A DNA stretch of 63,231 nucleotides, counting the filler, from Octopus bimaculoides (lineage: Eukaryota), in NCBI RefSeq assembly GCF_001194135.2. It is 8 parts of 5 records of this genome, joined end to end, with 100 filler letters (N's around TTAATTAATTAA, not from the genome) between each part and the next. Parts side by side here need not be neighbours in the genome. Positions count along the whole stretch, not along the records: positions 5,360 to 35,407 come from NC_069000.1; 7 more parts are not named here. One strand, 5' to 3'. The notes under the pieces were generated by a model. The model had not been told where the DNA came from, did not search any database, and worked only from the letters and a program-made list of their open reading frames with translations. The first letter of the stretch is position 1. Each line of letters opens with the position of its first letter. A program made the translations under genes and the position numbers. Positions 13,040-26,145 of this stretch are shown piece after piece.

Positions 13040-16000
13040 ATTTATAAACAACTCATGAGGTTATCATACGCTCCAGCTCGTATCCGAGCATTAGGTTCGT
13101 CAGTTTCTATCCAGTCTCCTCGGCAGATGCTTGTGCTGAATGTGACTTTGGAGTCCAAGTCGGTGGTGAAAGAGTCGTGGGCAGAATTCGCACAGGATGG
13201 TCGGTGCGGGTCGGGGATGTTGAAGACGCTTCTTTCTTCTCCTGCGTTTTACCTCCTCATTTTATTGTCTGTTCTGTTCGAAGGAGCTGGCTCCATTGCG
13301 GATAGCAGTCCTCCAGGCTGTCGTATCCATAGTAATCTGTTCCCACGAGGATGGCTAGATATTAGTTTGAGCCAGGGTCCGTTTGAGCTGGTCTCTAAAA
13401 TGGAATTTCGGACCTCCTCTGGGTCTTGTTCCGTTTGAAAGTTCTCCGTCTCTGGACATACAGCACCCTCCTCTCTCCCGAGGGTCATGATCTAGAATGA
13501 TCCTCGGGAGACGAGAGGCTCCATACGCTGGACGTAACCTGCCCAGCAGAGACGATGGCGAAGAATGGTGGCATCGATGCTTGGTAGTGAGGTGCGGCGA
13601 GGAACCTCGTTGTTGGTAATGTGGTCTTCCCATCGATTATTGAGGAACTGTCGTAGCTTGGATTTCTGGAAGTATTAAAGCACCTGAATTCACAACGGTA
13701 CAGCGTCCAAGTCTCACAAGCGTGGAGAAAAGTTGAAAGTACAATGGCACGGAAGACCATGATCTTTGCCTGGATAGTCAGCGCGTGATTGAAGAATACA
13801 TGTTGGCTGAGTCTACCGAAGGCGGAGTGGGTCGCCTTGATCCGGTTCTTTACGTCCTTTTCACACGTGGGGTGTCTTTGGAAGGATACTCCCAACGTAT
13901 GAGAAGTCTTCAACTTCTTGTAAGAGTTGACCGTTAATGCTAATATCCGTGAGTGAACTGTTCTGGCCTGGTGCAGTTTGGATCAGGGTCTTGGTCTTTA
14001 ATGTGTTTACCTGCATCTCGAAGCGTTCGTAAGCCGCACTGTAAAGATCGGCCGTCCTCTGTAGGTCATCTGCGGTCCGGCTCGGAGTGGCATTGTCATC
14101 GGCATACTGCAACTCACGGACTGAGATGGCAGAGACGTGCGAGATTGAAGAGTCCGCCATCCAAGCGATAGCGCATGTTGATTGAAGGCAAGCCTGGTGG
14201 GATTTCGTTAAACATGGTGGCCATGTACAAAGAAAAACAAATTGGTGCCAGTGATGGAAGCGATTTGCGAGGGCATTTTGATGGCATACTCTACCCACCG
14301 TGAAAGGAACGGACCAGGGTAATTAAGTCCTCCGGATATCCAAACCAAGCAAGGACGGCCCACATTGTAGGACGGGCGACCTTGTCAGAGGCTTTCTTTA
14401 GATCCCAGAAGATGAACATTGCAGGCAGTTGTTGTTCTTGACACTTCTTCTGAAGTTGGTGGCCACAAAAGATCATGTCTGTTGTGCCTCGAGAGGGTCG
14501 AAAGCCACACTGGGAGTCAAGGAGGACGTCTTCTGCAAAGATGAGGAGGCGATTGAGTAGGATACGGGCGAAGATCTTACTTGCAATACTCCGGTGTGAG
14601 ATGCCCCGATAGTTGTTGCGATCTTCTCGGTCTCCCTTCTTGCAGATGGTGATGATAGTTGCATCGCGGAAGTCGTTCGGGAGGGTCTTGCTTTCCCAAA
14701 CCTTGAGGATAAGGAGAATCATATGATTTCTCAGCTCAGGACCTCCGTGCCTGGAAAACTCAAACGGGATGTTGTCTGATCCTGGAGCTTTTCCCGGCCT
14801 CATGCGCTCGAACAAGGTATTGAACTCATGGGGCGAGGGCTGCAGAGACATCCAATGGTTGATGGGGAGCTGTGGGATGTTTTGGCTTCACAACGGCTGG
14901 TCCAGCAATCCTCAATTGAGGTCGGCTCTGAGAGATCCACCAGGTGTCTCTCAATGGATTCCCTGAAGTCTTGGGATGCCTGTGAGTTCCGGAGTTTGGC
15001 GCAGTCGAAGTGTCAGCAAAGGATGTTTGTTGAGACCTGCTTTGGTGGACGGTGGATCATGATGTCAAGGCGAGAAATAAGAAGTCAGTGATCCGTCTAG
15101 CAGCCATCTGCACCAGGCATGGAGCGGGCGATGCGTACATTTCGACTGTTCTTGGTTCTTGTCAGAACGTAGTCGAGGATGTGCCAATGTTTAGACCGTG
15201 GATATTTCCAGGTTGTCATTTGTCGGATAGGGAGACGAAATAAGGAGTTGGTGATGACGAGTTCGTGCTCGGCGCAAAGGATCAGGGGGAGCTGGCCATT
15301 GGCGCTGCATTTCCCAGTGCCGTGATGACCAAGAATGCCGTTCCACAGACAATGGTCACTGCCGACTCTGCTGTTAAAGTCCCTCAACACGACTAGTTTG
15401 TCATGCGCGGGGACTATATGGATGGTGCGGTCCAGCAGGTTGTAGAACGAAGCCTTGAAGTCATTTTAAGATGTGAGGGTGGGGGCATGCACAGAGATCA
15501 GCATAAGGGATCTGTCCCGTATGAGCGGGATCCGAACAGTAATCAGGCGGTCGCTGACAGCAGTTGGGACGAGTCTGTGTTGGTCCACGAGTTTCGTTTT
15601 GATGGCAAAGCTCCAGTGCTCGCGATACCACCGGCATTGAGCTTTTTATTTTCTTTTTTGAGACTCAAAGTGTAGAAAGACGGACTCAATCGCTGAGTAA
15701 ATTGTTTGAGGTGACCGTGGCTGCGCACTTGGCCAGGAACTTCTCCACTGCGGCTTAAGAATTGAGACGTGCAGTCTTGTTGAGGCTGGTTGCAGCGAAC
15801 TGCCGGAGTCTATCTGCCTTTGTCACACCTACCCGCCAGGCGTTGCCCTCTTCCGCCAGAGTCAAACCTTGGGGACTTGAGATTCCCCTCTTCTGCTTGC
15901 TTCGCCGTTGGGGTCTTGATGTTGGTGTTTGGTCGTGTTTAGTCTGGGACCTCATCTTCGACCTTGCCGCCATGGCTTGCCCTACCAGGAGTCTAAGACT

Positions 16001-16055
16001 CCAGACGGTATCGCTCTCGGAATCATAGGAACACATAAGCTCTTCCACCATGGCA
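13040..16055 (-). mobile_element. Near full-length decayed RTE-clade LINE (APE endonuclease, RT, C-terminal C2H2 finger)
   Basis: LRDFNSRVG, TTWKYPRSKHWHILDYVLTR, GKAPGSDNIP, NYRGIS, QCGFRPSRGTTDMIF, LQYADD. Terminal CEFCPRLFHHRLGLQSHIQHKH at 13192-13127, stop at 13102-13100. Many frameshifts. Confidence 0.9.
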
Positions 16056-16827
16056 TATATCTTATATTCTGTAACGACATACGTTATAATCATCTTCACA
16101 TTGTAACAACATAATTGATATATGGCCATATTAGTAGTCAAGCACACATTCATCACTTATTCGTTTAACCTATTCATTTTCACATAAAAAAATCCGTTGT
16201 TTTATACCATCTCAAGAATCGCGTATTTCAGGAATAAACTACAGTTTCAAGAGAAAGTGTGTATTTCATGTTGCTCTATAAGCTTCAAAATATCCGTAGA
16301 ATGTCTATGGCTCAGCTAATTATTATATTTTGATACTGATAGTTATTGTTGTTGCAGTTGTTATCATCATTAATTTTATTCACTTGCCAGGTAGTGCTGA
16401 ATATGATAATCACGTGACTACATTAGAGATTTTGGAATGTTATCATGAAAACAAGCGTCAAACAACATATATAACAAGAAACATCAACATTATAATTAAA
16501 AACTTTGGAGAATATCTTTCAAAACTGGTTTTATCTAGTTGTAATTTTTGCTTTGTTGTTGTTGCTGACGTCGTTGTTATTGACGTCGTTGTTGTTGACG
16601 TTATTGTTATTGTTGTGTTGTCCCAAAGTTAGCCCTAATCGAGTAAGATATATGACCACAGCATCCCAAACATTTTATTTATGAGAATATCTAGTGTTAT
16701 TTCAATTTTTAAGACAATAGAGAGTGCTTTCAGGGTGGTTTGTCCACAGTTTTAGAAAACTGAGTGATCAACGTCGAGTGGTGTTTGCTGATGTTTTGCT
16801 GATGTTTCAGCTTCTATACTTTGATCT

Positions 16828-19671
16828 AACATGACCCTGCTTAGTGTAGGCAGTATAAAAGCACGTGGCCTGGGGTTACCTTGGAAACAAGATCATCTAC
16901 TCAATGACCTCAGGCCCCTAACTGTCCATGTAGTGACCATCAGTGAAACCAGACTCTCCGACCAACAAGCTTTGATGCCATTTTCGGTGGATAGAGATAT
17001 ATTTATCTCCATGTCAATCAGGAATGGAAGATGGAATAGTGGTGTTGATCCGGAGAGGCCGGGATCTCAAGATAAGGACTATCTAACAGAATACAGAACT
17101 AAATTGGTGTTTCTGGATGTGAACAGTAGTGACGGCGAGGTTTCTTCAGACTGGTGGCTGTTCATTCTCCGACAGGAGTAGGACAGCCGGATTTCTTCAG
17201 ACGTTTGGAAGTTTTCCTGGGAACATTACGAATTTTAGTGTTAGTGGGTGACTGGAGCGCCGTCTTAGAGCCACATTTGAACTGTGTGGAGCTTGCAGAT
17301 AAAGAAAGGAGTGGTAAAATCTTCGAAAACCTGCTCAAACAGTTCCAACTGTCTGGCAGGTATCGACTAGATTTCCTGGATGTGCCAATGTGGACATGGA
17401 CGAATCATGTATCTAGACAGGGAATTCTGTAGGCCAGTAAATAAAGATAGTAAAGTTGTCCACTTTTCAAACTGGTCGGTGACACACCACAAATTTTTCA
17501 TCTGTACGGTCGACCTAGATAGGCTTAGAAGGCAGAGACCTGGTTAGGTTTAGTAAGGTATTACTGATAGAAAGGAATGAAACATATGGGAATTTAGTTA
17601 GAAACTTAGAAGAGGCGCTTAGAAAACGCATTGCAACCAACTTGCTGGTCGCGAGATTGGCAATGGACCACTTCTTCAACGGTTGCATTCTCAGAGCTAA
17701 ATGGCGTGCTCTAAGACAAGAAGCAACGAAAGCCACTCGATGGGCTCGAGTGGCAGTAAAATTCAAAATTTGGTCTTTGGTGGACCAAAATGGGTGCATG
17801 GTACACGAACGCGAGCAGATGTGTGCGGCATTTAAGCAGCACTTCGTCCAACTGTTTGGGACGAATGGCGGTACGGAACGCAGGATGGACTTCAGTGCCT
17901 ACCTCGACGGCATGCAACAACTCTCGGAAAGGAGCGGAGGACTGAGTATCGCGAAATGCCAATAACAACTGTGGAAATACGGGATGCGTTGACGAGTTGC
18001 ACTGGGGGCAAATCGCCTGGCTTGGATGGTCTGCACAATGAGCTTTACTTTTCTATGCCAGACTTGTTTGACAGCCTTTCTATGACGCCCGATCTATGAC
18101 GTGGGAGAACCGTGTTGGCATACACAGATGACGTCACCTTTATAGTATCGAAGAGCAGGCACATGGACCTGGTCGGCGTTTCTCTAAAAGAATACGAGAC
18201 GGTGATAGGAGTCAAAATTAACCAAGAAAAGTCAGTTGGAAAGGCAGGTACATGCCGTCTAATGACATCGTGGGACTCTCGACGGAGGGACCGGTTAAAT
18301 TGCTCAGGGTCTGGTTTGGTCCAAATCTCCAGGTGGAGAAGAACTGGAAAGATGTGACGAGCAGCGTGGCCAGTCTCACTCAGAAATGGGCCGAAAGAAA
18401 GCTATGCTTAAGAGGTTGGGCAGAGGTGGAGAATGCATACATTGCCTCCATCATATATCATCGCCTGGCCGTCGTAACTTGCCTCGGTTCACGTCTGATT
18501 AAACTTGAGCGTGTACTTTTCCGCCTTCTGTTGAATGGGCACGTTCCACTTGTCAGGCGCTCCATTTACTGTCAACACTTGCTGAATGGAGGGCTCAGCA
18601 TTTCGTGGATACTGATGGATACACTACAATATCTGTAGTGCTTTTTAGAAGGTGAGCAGATGTAGCTGCCGTTTGTCAGACACAATTTCCCACTGCTCAT
18701 CTCTTTGTCCAAGCTGCAGTCCTGAATCAAACGTGGATCGAGGCAGGGCACCTGGCACCTAGAGTACCATCAGGCTCTCACAGTCCTCTGTCAGTCGAGC
18801 AATGCCGTCGGCAGAAGTGTGACTCAGGCGTTTCGTAGAAGGATAGTGGCGGGCAAGTGCGACGACGTTCTTCGAGAGACACTAGGCGTCGATGTGAATG
18901 AGCTGACTGGTCTCTTCTGGAGGATTTTTGAACCGGAGTCCATGTTTAACTTCCAGAAATCTCTGACCAGGTAGTAACTGGTGGGCATTGCTGGTAGGGG
19001 ATAAACTGTACAGGCATGAAAGTGCTGTCATCCGGGCTTGCCCGAGGAGTACACAGAATGACGAAACTATTCTTCACGCTGGAATCCAGTGCTCAAGCGT
19101 TGCTGACTTGGAGGTTTATGTCAAACACCTGCTGTCACGTGTAGGACGGATCCGGCTATCAGCTCAGTCCATCATGAAGATCACCCCACCGCCTTCCTTC
19201 GGTCGAAATAGACAATGTTTCTTTGTTTGGCGGACTTATCGAAAGAAGTGGGCTCGTTTGAAAGGGTTAACGGCAGATACTTTTCTTTTTGGCCATACCC
19301 TCATTAGCTTTTTCAAAATTCACCTGAAAGAAGAAAGTGAGGATAGTGAGAGAAGTGCTGTCTCCCAGAAATTTTGTTAAAAGGTGAGACAATATAACGT
19401 GAGTGACCTGAGTGAATGCGCTTGCTCTAAGTATGTGCCTCTAGATCGATGATAGATGAAGTGGAGAGAGAAGTCGCCCGACAGATCCGAGCAATCATAG
19501 TTTTTATTGAGTTTCCACGAGCAGCACTTGGAAGCTTCCCTCCTTTGGGGATTTATTCGTTGTAATTTTTATTGTTATTACCTTTTAACACGAGTAAATC
19601 CCATTCTTTTGTGCTGTGTTGCCCTGTGCCGTTTCCAATCTTTTACGTAAAATATCAGTGGTGAATAAATA

Positions 19672-19677
<6 letters not shown>
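16828..19677 (+). mobile_element. L1/Tx1-like ORF2 pseudogene with internal RT deletion
   Basis: APE (SIKARGL, ISETRL, GDWSAV), KSPGLDGL joined almost directly to AYTDDVTF, then WAERKLCLRG...GGL and a CPR..DETILHA..QC knuckle. AATAAA at 19664, then (TTA)n. Confidence 0.85.
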
Positions 19678-19729
<52 letters not shown>

Positions 19730-20339
19730 GTTACCCTTTTTATTGCTTTTTCTGCGGCGTACGTCAGACATGTTTTTGAACGCTCGAAATCCTTATTAAT
19801 TTTATTGCATACACCAATTTGGTGCAGTTTTTTTGTTTGAAATTGTCGTCCCAAGTTGTTACAGAAAACTCCAGGAACCCGTTGCTGGATTTGCTGTGGC
19901 TATTTGGTCTTGTAAGAGGCAAATTTCGTCCCTCCAGAAAATCGCCTGAGAGATGTTTAAAAGACAATAATTTCATAAAGAAAGTGGTGTCCCCCAGCTT
20001 TCTTACAGCTAAAGACTTCCCTCTCCTTCATTTTCGTACCAAACATAATGCAGGAGAAGAGGAGGAGACAAAAGATATGGAAACGGTTAAGGGTCTAACC
20101 TGTCAAGAAAAGTAAGAGGTCAGCAGTGAAAAACAAATGTTTATGACAACATTAAGGGCAGAAGCAGAAGTGGTGGTAGTGGAAGTGACAAAAGCAATGG
20201 TGATAGTGGCAGTAAAGACAACAAGAATAGCAAGGGTGAGGAGTATAGGCAGCAGTAACGACAATAGCAGTAACAGTAGCAGTGACAGCAAATCAGGCAG
20301 TGGCGGCAGGGGACAACGATAGCAGTGGTGGCGGGTCCC

Positions 20340-21059
20340 TGTGTACGAGTTCTATCTAAATCGACTGAGTATATCAGAAATTTGTGATCTGTGTAGCCGA
20401 CCAATTTAAATTGTGGACAACCTAAGCTATCCCTATCCTCTGACATAACAAATACTCTATATAAATACGATCTGGATAACCTGGTGTGGTTGCTCCATGT
20501 CCACACCGGCACATCAAGGAAACCCAGTCGGTACCTGTCAGAAAGCTGTAAAGACCTGAGCAGGTTTTCGAGGCTTTTACATTACTACTATGTACTGAAC
20601 CCACACAGTCTTTTTGTGCGTTCAAAATACTATTCCAGTCCCTCACTAGTCCTAAAGTGCGAGATTTTCCCAAGAATGTTTCTAGACACCTGAAGAAATC
20701 TGGCCTTCCAGCCCCTGTTGGGGCATAAACCGCTACTAGTCTAAAGGCGCCGCCTTCGCTGCCATTCACGTCCAGGACCACCACCCTACCATCCAGGTCC
20801 AGGAAGATAACCTGTACTTGGAGATCTAAGAATTTCGGAGTAGCACTGCTACACCGCTAACTGCTTCCGATAGACTACAAAATGAGAATACCTCGTAGTC
20901 TTCGAAAATGGCTGCTAGAGTGTGTTTTCAGGAGATCCTTGTTTCACTAATGGCAGCCACATCCAAATCAAGTGACCTGAGATCATTAAGCAAGTGACCC
21001 TGCTTCCAAGCTGATCCCAGTCGACGCACATCCACACACCCCATTCTCAGCACAGCCAT
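20340..21059 (-). mobile_element. L1/Tx1-like APE endonuclease fragment (same family as 16828)
   Basis: ATG at 21059: MAVLRMGC...WKQGHLLNDLRSL...ISETRI; VYAPTGAGRPDFF; WTWSNH...TDHK. Confidence 0.8.
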
Positions 21060-21634
21060 GCTAACCAGAGAAAGAAAATGAAGAGGTAACTCACCTTAAT
21101 TTTCGAGAAGCCCGGAAGTTCCGGGTTTCTCTATTGGCGATTTTTTTTAAAAGGCCCTTCCAACAGCCTATTATCAACAGATTTTTTTAAATCCCCACAC
21201 TACCTGCGAATTTTTCTATTATAGTTTTATAAACGTCTGACGACGTTTTAATTGAAAGTCTTTCCTTGGAGGTTTTGAGGATGAAATCCTCAAATTACTT
21301 ACCCTCTGTCCTTATTTTGTTTTTGTTTTGACTTACAAAATCTATTATTTTACTGTTACACTTGTTCACAACAGTGAAATTGATGGATATATTTCGTCTG
21401 ATGAATATTTTTGAAGTTCTGTAATTGGTTGTGTCTGTGTTTCTCTGATTTGTTGATAATGTTGCTGTTTTTTGAAGTTGTTGATCTTGTTCTTGATGGA
21501 GTGGCTGTGAATTGTGTTGCAGTTGTGGTTTCAGAATAAGTTTTTATTGATTTCTTGGAGTAGGGCTATGTACTTTCCGGTCGGGAAGTGTTATGGATAA
21601 TTTCCAGTTGTCTTTGGCCCGGTAGTACTACCGA

Positions 21635-22319
21635 GGGTGTGTGCTACCAGTTCGAGATAATCTCTACAAGCACGAATGTGCTGTCAGACAGGCTCTCCGA
21701 GGTGCTCACAGAGCGACGAAATCGTTCTGCATGCACTCGTTCAGTGTCCGGGCATTGCTGACTTGTGGAGTTATATCGAACAGCTGCTGTCGCGTGCAGG
21801 ACAGATACGTCTGTCAGCCGAATTCATAATAATGATTACTCCGCCACCCTCCTGAAAGGAATGAGGACAGAAACATTCCCCTTCGGTAAAGCCCTCATCG
21901 ACTTCTTCAAGTTTCACATGAAAGGGAAAGTGAGGTAGAGAGGGAGGTGCTGTTCTTGAGTGAATTTATGAAAAGGTGGGTGAGAGTTGAGAAGATGGCA
22001 AGAGTGGATGGTATCATTCTCTGTGTACACCAGTGAGTCGGAAGATAGAAGTTAAAGAGGACACTCGTCCTTGGTATTAGGGTGATATTGGATGGTTGGG
22101 TTCATTGATTATCGCTGGAGGTCCTCTTGTGTCAGGGGGACCCCATCACTATCACTTTTTCCCTTCTTTTTCTAGTGTCGTATACCAAGTGTATTTCCTT
22201 TCTAATGTATACCGTGTATACTTTTTAATTTTATCATTTCATTATATGTAAACCCCCACACTTTATATCTATCTTTGCATTATCCCCCTCACCATTCACC
22301 CTGGTGGCAAATAAAAGAA

Positions 22320-22320
<1 letters not shown>
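21635..22320 (+). mobile_element. L1/Tx1-like 5'-truncated 3' end
   Basis: LPVRDNLYKHE...SQSDEIVLHALVQCPGIADLW, parallel to 18990-19450. AATAAA, then (TTA)n. Confidence 0.75.
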
Positions 22321-22399
<79 letters not shown>

Positions 22400-22444
22400 C
22401 ATTATTATTATTATTATTATTATCATTATTATTATCATCATTAT

Positions 22445-23930
22445 TGCCTTTGCACAGCTTCTAACACTGGAGATGTACTACAGTGTCAGCTGTTCACTAC
22501 CAGTGAACTAAGGTAACACCTCTTATTTTTCGAGCACCTTCTGGAGTTTTCGAGCGGTTCCAAGCAGTGCTGATTTCTGCAAGTGCTCCACCATCCTATT
22601 TGTTCCAAGTACTTCCAGAGATTTTTGCTCAATGTTCCCAGGACACCGACAATTATTGGTACTCCTGCTACCTTTTTCATCGACCACAACTGCTTAACTT
22701 CCCAAGCTAACTTGTCATATCTCTCGACTTTTCTTTCTTCCTTATCGCATACCTTGTCAGCTGAGCATGCTATGTCTATAATCCAACATAGTTTGTTTTC
22801 TTTCTCAATTAAGACTATGACCGGCTTCCTATTCTCTATCTCATGCTCGCACGGAATCATAAAATCCCATAGGATCTTTGCAATTCTATTTTCGACAATG
22901 TCTTCGGGTTTGTGGTCGTACCAATTTTTTGCTCTGTCAAGTACATACTTGTTGCAAAGTGTCCAATGGACAAACCTGGCTATATTGTCGTGGCTTCTCT
23001 TATATTCCTTCTGGACTCGTGGCGTGCATTTGCTGGTAATATGCCATACGGTTTCACCGTTTTGTCCACAGATTCTGCACTTATCACTTTCTGATGTGTT
23101 GTCTATTCTGTATTTTATGTAGTTTGTTCTTAGTGCTTGATCTTAGGCAGCACAGATTAAAACCTCCGTTTCCGGTTTTAAATCACTTTTAGTCATCCAC
23201 AGCCATCTTTTTTCTCTGTCTGTCATATCTTCAACATTCCTATGAAATTGACCATGCATTCTTTTCTTAACCCACCTATTTTCAGCTTCATTTGTTCTCA
23301 ATTTCTTGTATAGTGCTTTATCTTTGCAATCTTTCATCCTACACAAGCCTGACCTTCGTACTTGTAATAATAGCGGTTCTGTAGCATTTTACATACCATA
23401 CTATGTTGTTTTCTTCTGCTCTAATGCTATGTTGGCATACAATAAGTCCTCTTCCCCCTCTTTTTCTTGGTACATACATTCTGTCTGAGTCACGTTTTGG
23501 GTAGAGTGACCCATATCTAGTTAGCAACTTCCTTGTCTTCATGCGATTACCCTTGCTCCATATCTAAGGAGTGAAACTGCCCAGGTGTTGATAGCTTCGA
23601 TCTTATTCCGTCCATTTAATTTCGACTTAAGTCTCAGCCTCAGTCTGCGTAAGTACTCTACCTTAAATTTTTTTGTCATTTCTTTCTCCACCAATTTATT
23701 CATTTCCAAATTCCTCAAGTACTTATAGCCTGTCTCTTCTATCCGCTTCTTAACCTCCCCCGACGGTATCGTTAGCCCGTCCATACATTTGATTTTGCCT
23801 CTCTTCAAGACTAACACAGCACAGTTTTTCAGTCCGAGATCCATTCTGATATCAGCACTGAAAGTATACACCGTATCAACGAGGGAACTGGCTTGGGCTT
23901 CATCTTTACCATAAAGTTTGAATTTTTTGA

Positions 23931-23935
<5 letters not shown>
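22445..23935 (-). mobile_element. R4/Dong-clade LINE, 5'-truncated (end of RT to REL endonuclease)
   Basis: LKNCA, YKYL, INTWAVSLLRY, RGGRGL, MHGQF, LKPETEVLICAA, RKPVIV..KENK..IIDIAC, VPIIVGVLG. (TAA)n at both ends (22320-22445 and 23934-24022). Confidence 0.9.
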
Positions 23936-24024
<89 letters not shown>

Positions 24025-24097
24025 CTTCGTAACACAGTGTAGGTAAAAATGCACCGGAGACTTTAGTCATCTGTCAAGTCACAGCAGGAAGTAATCA

Positions 24098-24128
<31 letters not shown>

Positions 24129-24360
24129 TGTATGTATGTATGTATGTATGTATGTGTGTGTGTGTATGTATGCATGTATGTATGTATATGCGTGTATATG
24201 TGTACATATCTACGTATATGTANNNNNNNNNNAACAGTCCACATGGTAATTCAATACAATGAAGCATAAATTAAGATGCCCATACAACTGAAATCCAGAA
24301 GAAATTGTTTCCTGAAGAGTATTATATCCACCTCTCATTCCTTCTGAATTTTATGTCTTA

Positions 24361-25044
24361 TTAGGTTGTCAAGAAAGTTCTTCTGGTTTTTAACCTTTAA
24401 ATTCAGATGCACATACCTCGGTTCAAACAAAACTTTATTAATCGAAATAAGCACCAACTGAATCAACACACTTTGCCAACGCGAAACAAGTTGCACCAAA
24501 GTTTCACCAAAGGAAGGTCATGATGAGTGTTTGGTGGCCTGCCGCCGGTCTCGTCCTTCATAGCTTTTTGGATCCAGGCGAAACCATTATGGCGGAGAAG
24601 TACTGTTAGCAAATGGATGAAATGCATAAAAAACAACAGCCAGCATTAGTCAACAGAAAAGGACCAATTCTTCTCCACGATAACGCGCAGGCGTACGTCG
24701 CACAACTGACCCTACAGAAGTTGAACGAATTGGGCTACGAATCTCTGCCTCATCCGCCATACTTACCAGACCTCGCGTCTACCGACTATCACTTTTTCAA
24801 TCATTTCGACAACTTCCTGCGTGAGAAATGCTTCAAAAACGAAGGCGATGCCAAACACGCCTTCAACGACTTCATCGCCACAAGAACGCAGGATTTTTAC
24901 GCTATTGGCATAAATAGTTTCGCGTTGGCAAAAGCGTGTTGATTCTGATGGTGCTTATTTCGATTAATAAAGTTTTGTTTGAGCCGAGATATGTGCATCT
25001 GAATTCAAAGGTTAAAAACCGCAAGAACTTTCTTGACAACCTAA
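24361..25044 (+). mobile_element. Mariner (DD34D) internally rearranged element
   Basis: KVMMSVWW, ILLHDNA...PPYLPDLASTDYHFF with 34 residues between the Asps. Ends are TTAGGTTGTCAAG / CTTGACAACCTAA, each flanked by TA. Confidence 0.9.
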
Positions 25045-26090
25045 TAGTATAAGTCTCTTTGTCATAAAAGCAAAGTTAATTCTTCTGTTATAATTACATT
25101 CATGTTTATGATGCTTTAAAGGAATATTAAACCAGCCCCCAGTTCTTGAGTGAGACTTTATTTTATTGTACCAGGATGAACAAAAAATAGAACTGACTTG
25201 GCAGGATTTGAACGCAGAACACAACGGGTCGTAACTAAATATCATTGGCATTTTGTCAAGTTCTTAATCAAGCCAGTGCTTGGTACTCGACAAATGTATA
25301 AATCAATTAAGCAGACGTTCTTATTCTTCTCTGTATTAGAAATATCAGGAAATCCCGAGCCATTCATCAAACCAAATTTGTCAACTCCGTTGCAGTTCCA
25401 AAATACTGACTATTATAACACCCTTTTCGTCTTTCTATCCTTGACAACAGCACTGGAAGATAGAAAATATTCATAACTATTATGTTCATGCTATTGCACA
25501 AAAAGATAGAAGTGCACCCTGTACAATTGTTTCAAATAGAGTAATGTATATAATTGAATATGATTGTACTGATTTATAAGAGTAGTAATAATTCATTAGT
25601 TTCTTCTTATTTGGCTGACCACTTCCAATTCACACTCAAAAAATGCCCCAATATAGCCTATTAACAACAGTCATGGGAAAATATATATATAGCACATATT
25701 TTAGTACCAAAATACGGATTGCACTGCCATTAGTTATTCAGAGACCTTTGACCATCTTCGACTTGAAAAACAGCCTTAAATCTTTATTGTATTAGATTAT
25801 TGTCTGAAATATGTGCAACATTCAAATATTTGCAGTCGCTGCTTACTATAGAGGTTTTATTTGCATCCTCGTCACTGTGTCTGCCACTTATACATGCACA
25901 CATTAATGCAGATACTATAACAGACTTGCCTAGCATATCAACTACTCACTAACAAATGCAGACATACACACTCTTTCATGTTTGCCCTCTCATTCTGACA
26001 CACAAGCACATTCACACATTATAATGCCACTACTTCTCATGGTTGAATAGGAAGTGGTCAGGAAGGACATTAAATTGTATAAGTAGTCTT

Positions 26091-26145
<55 letters not shown>

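Noticed and set aside
20340-22320. Twin-priming 5' inversion explaining the opposed Tx1-like pieces
   Set aside because: The geometry fits loosely, but the whole RT region is missing between the pieces and no TSD was found; two insertions are simpler.
22275-22516. Poly-I, poly-Y, CV- and YI-repeat ORFs throughout the window
   Set aside because: Translations of microsatellites.
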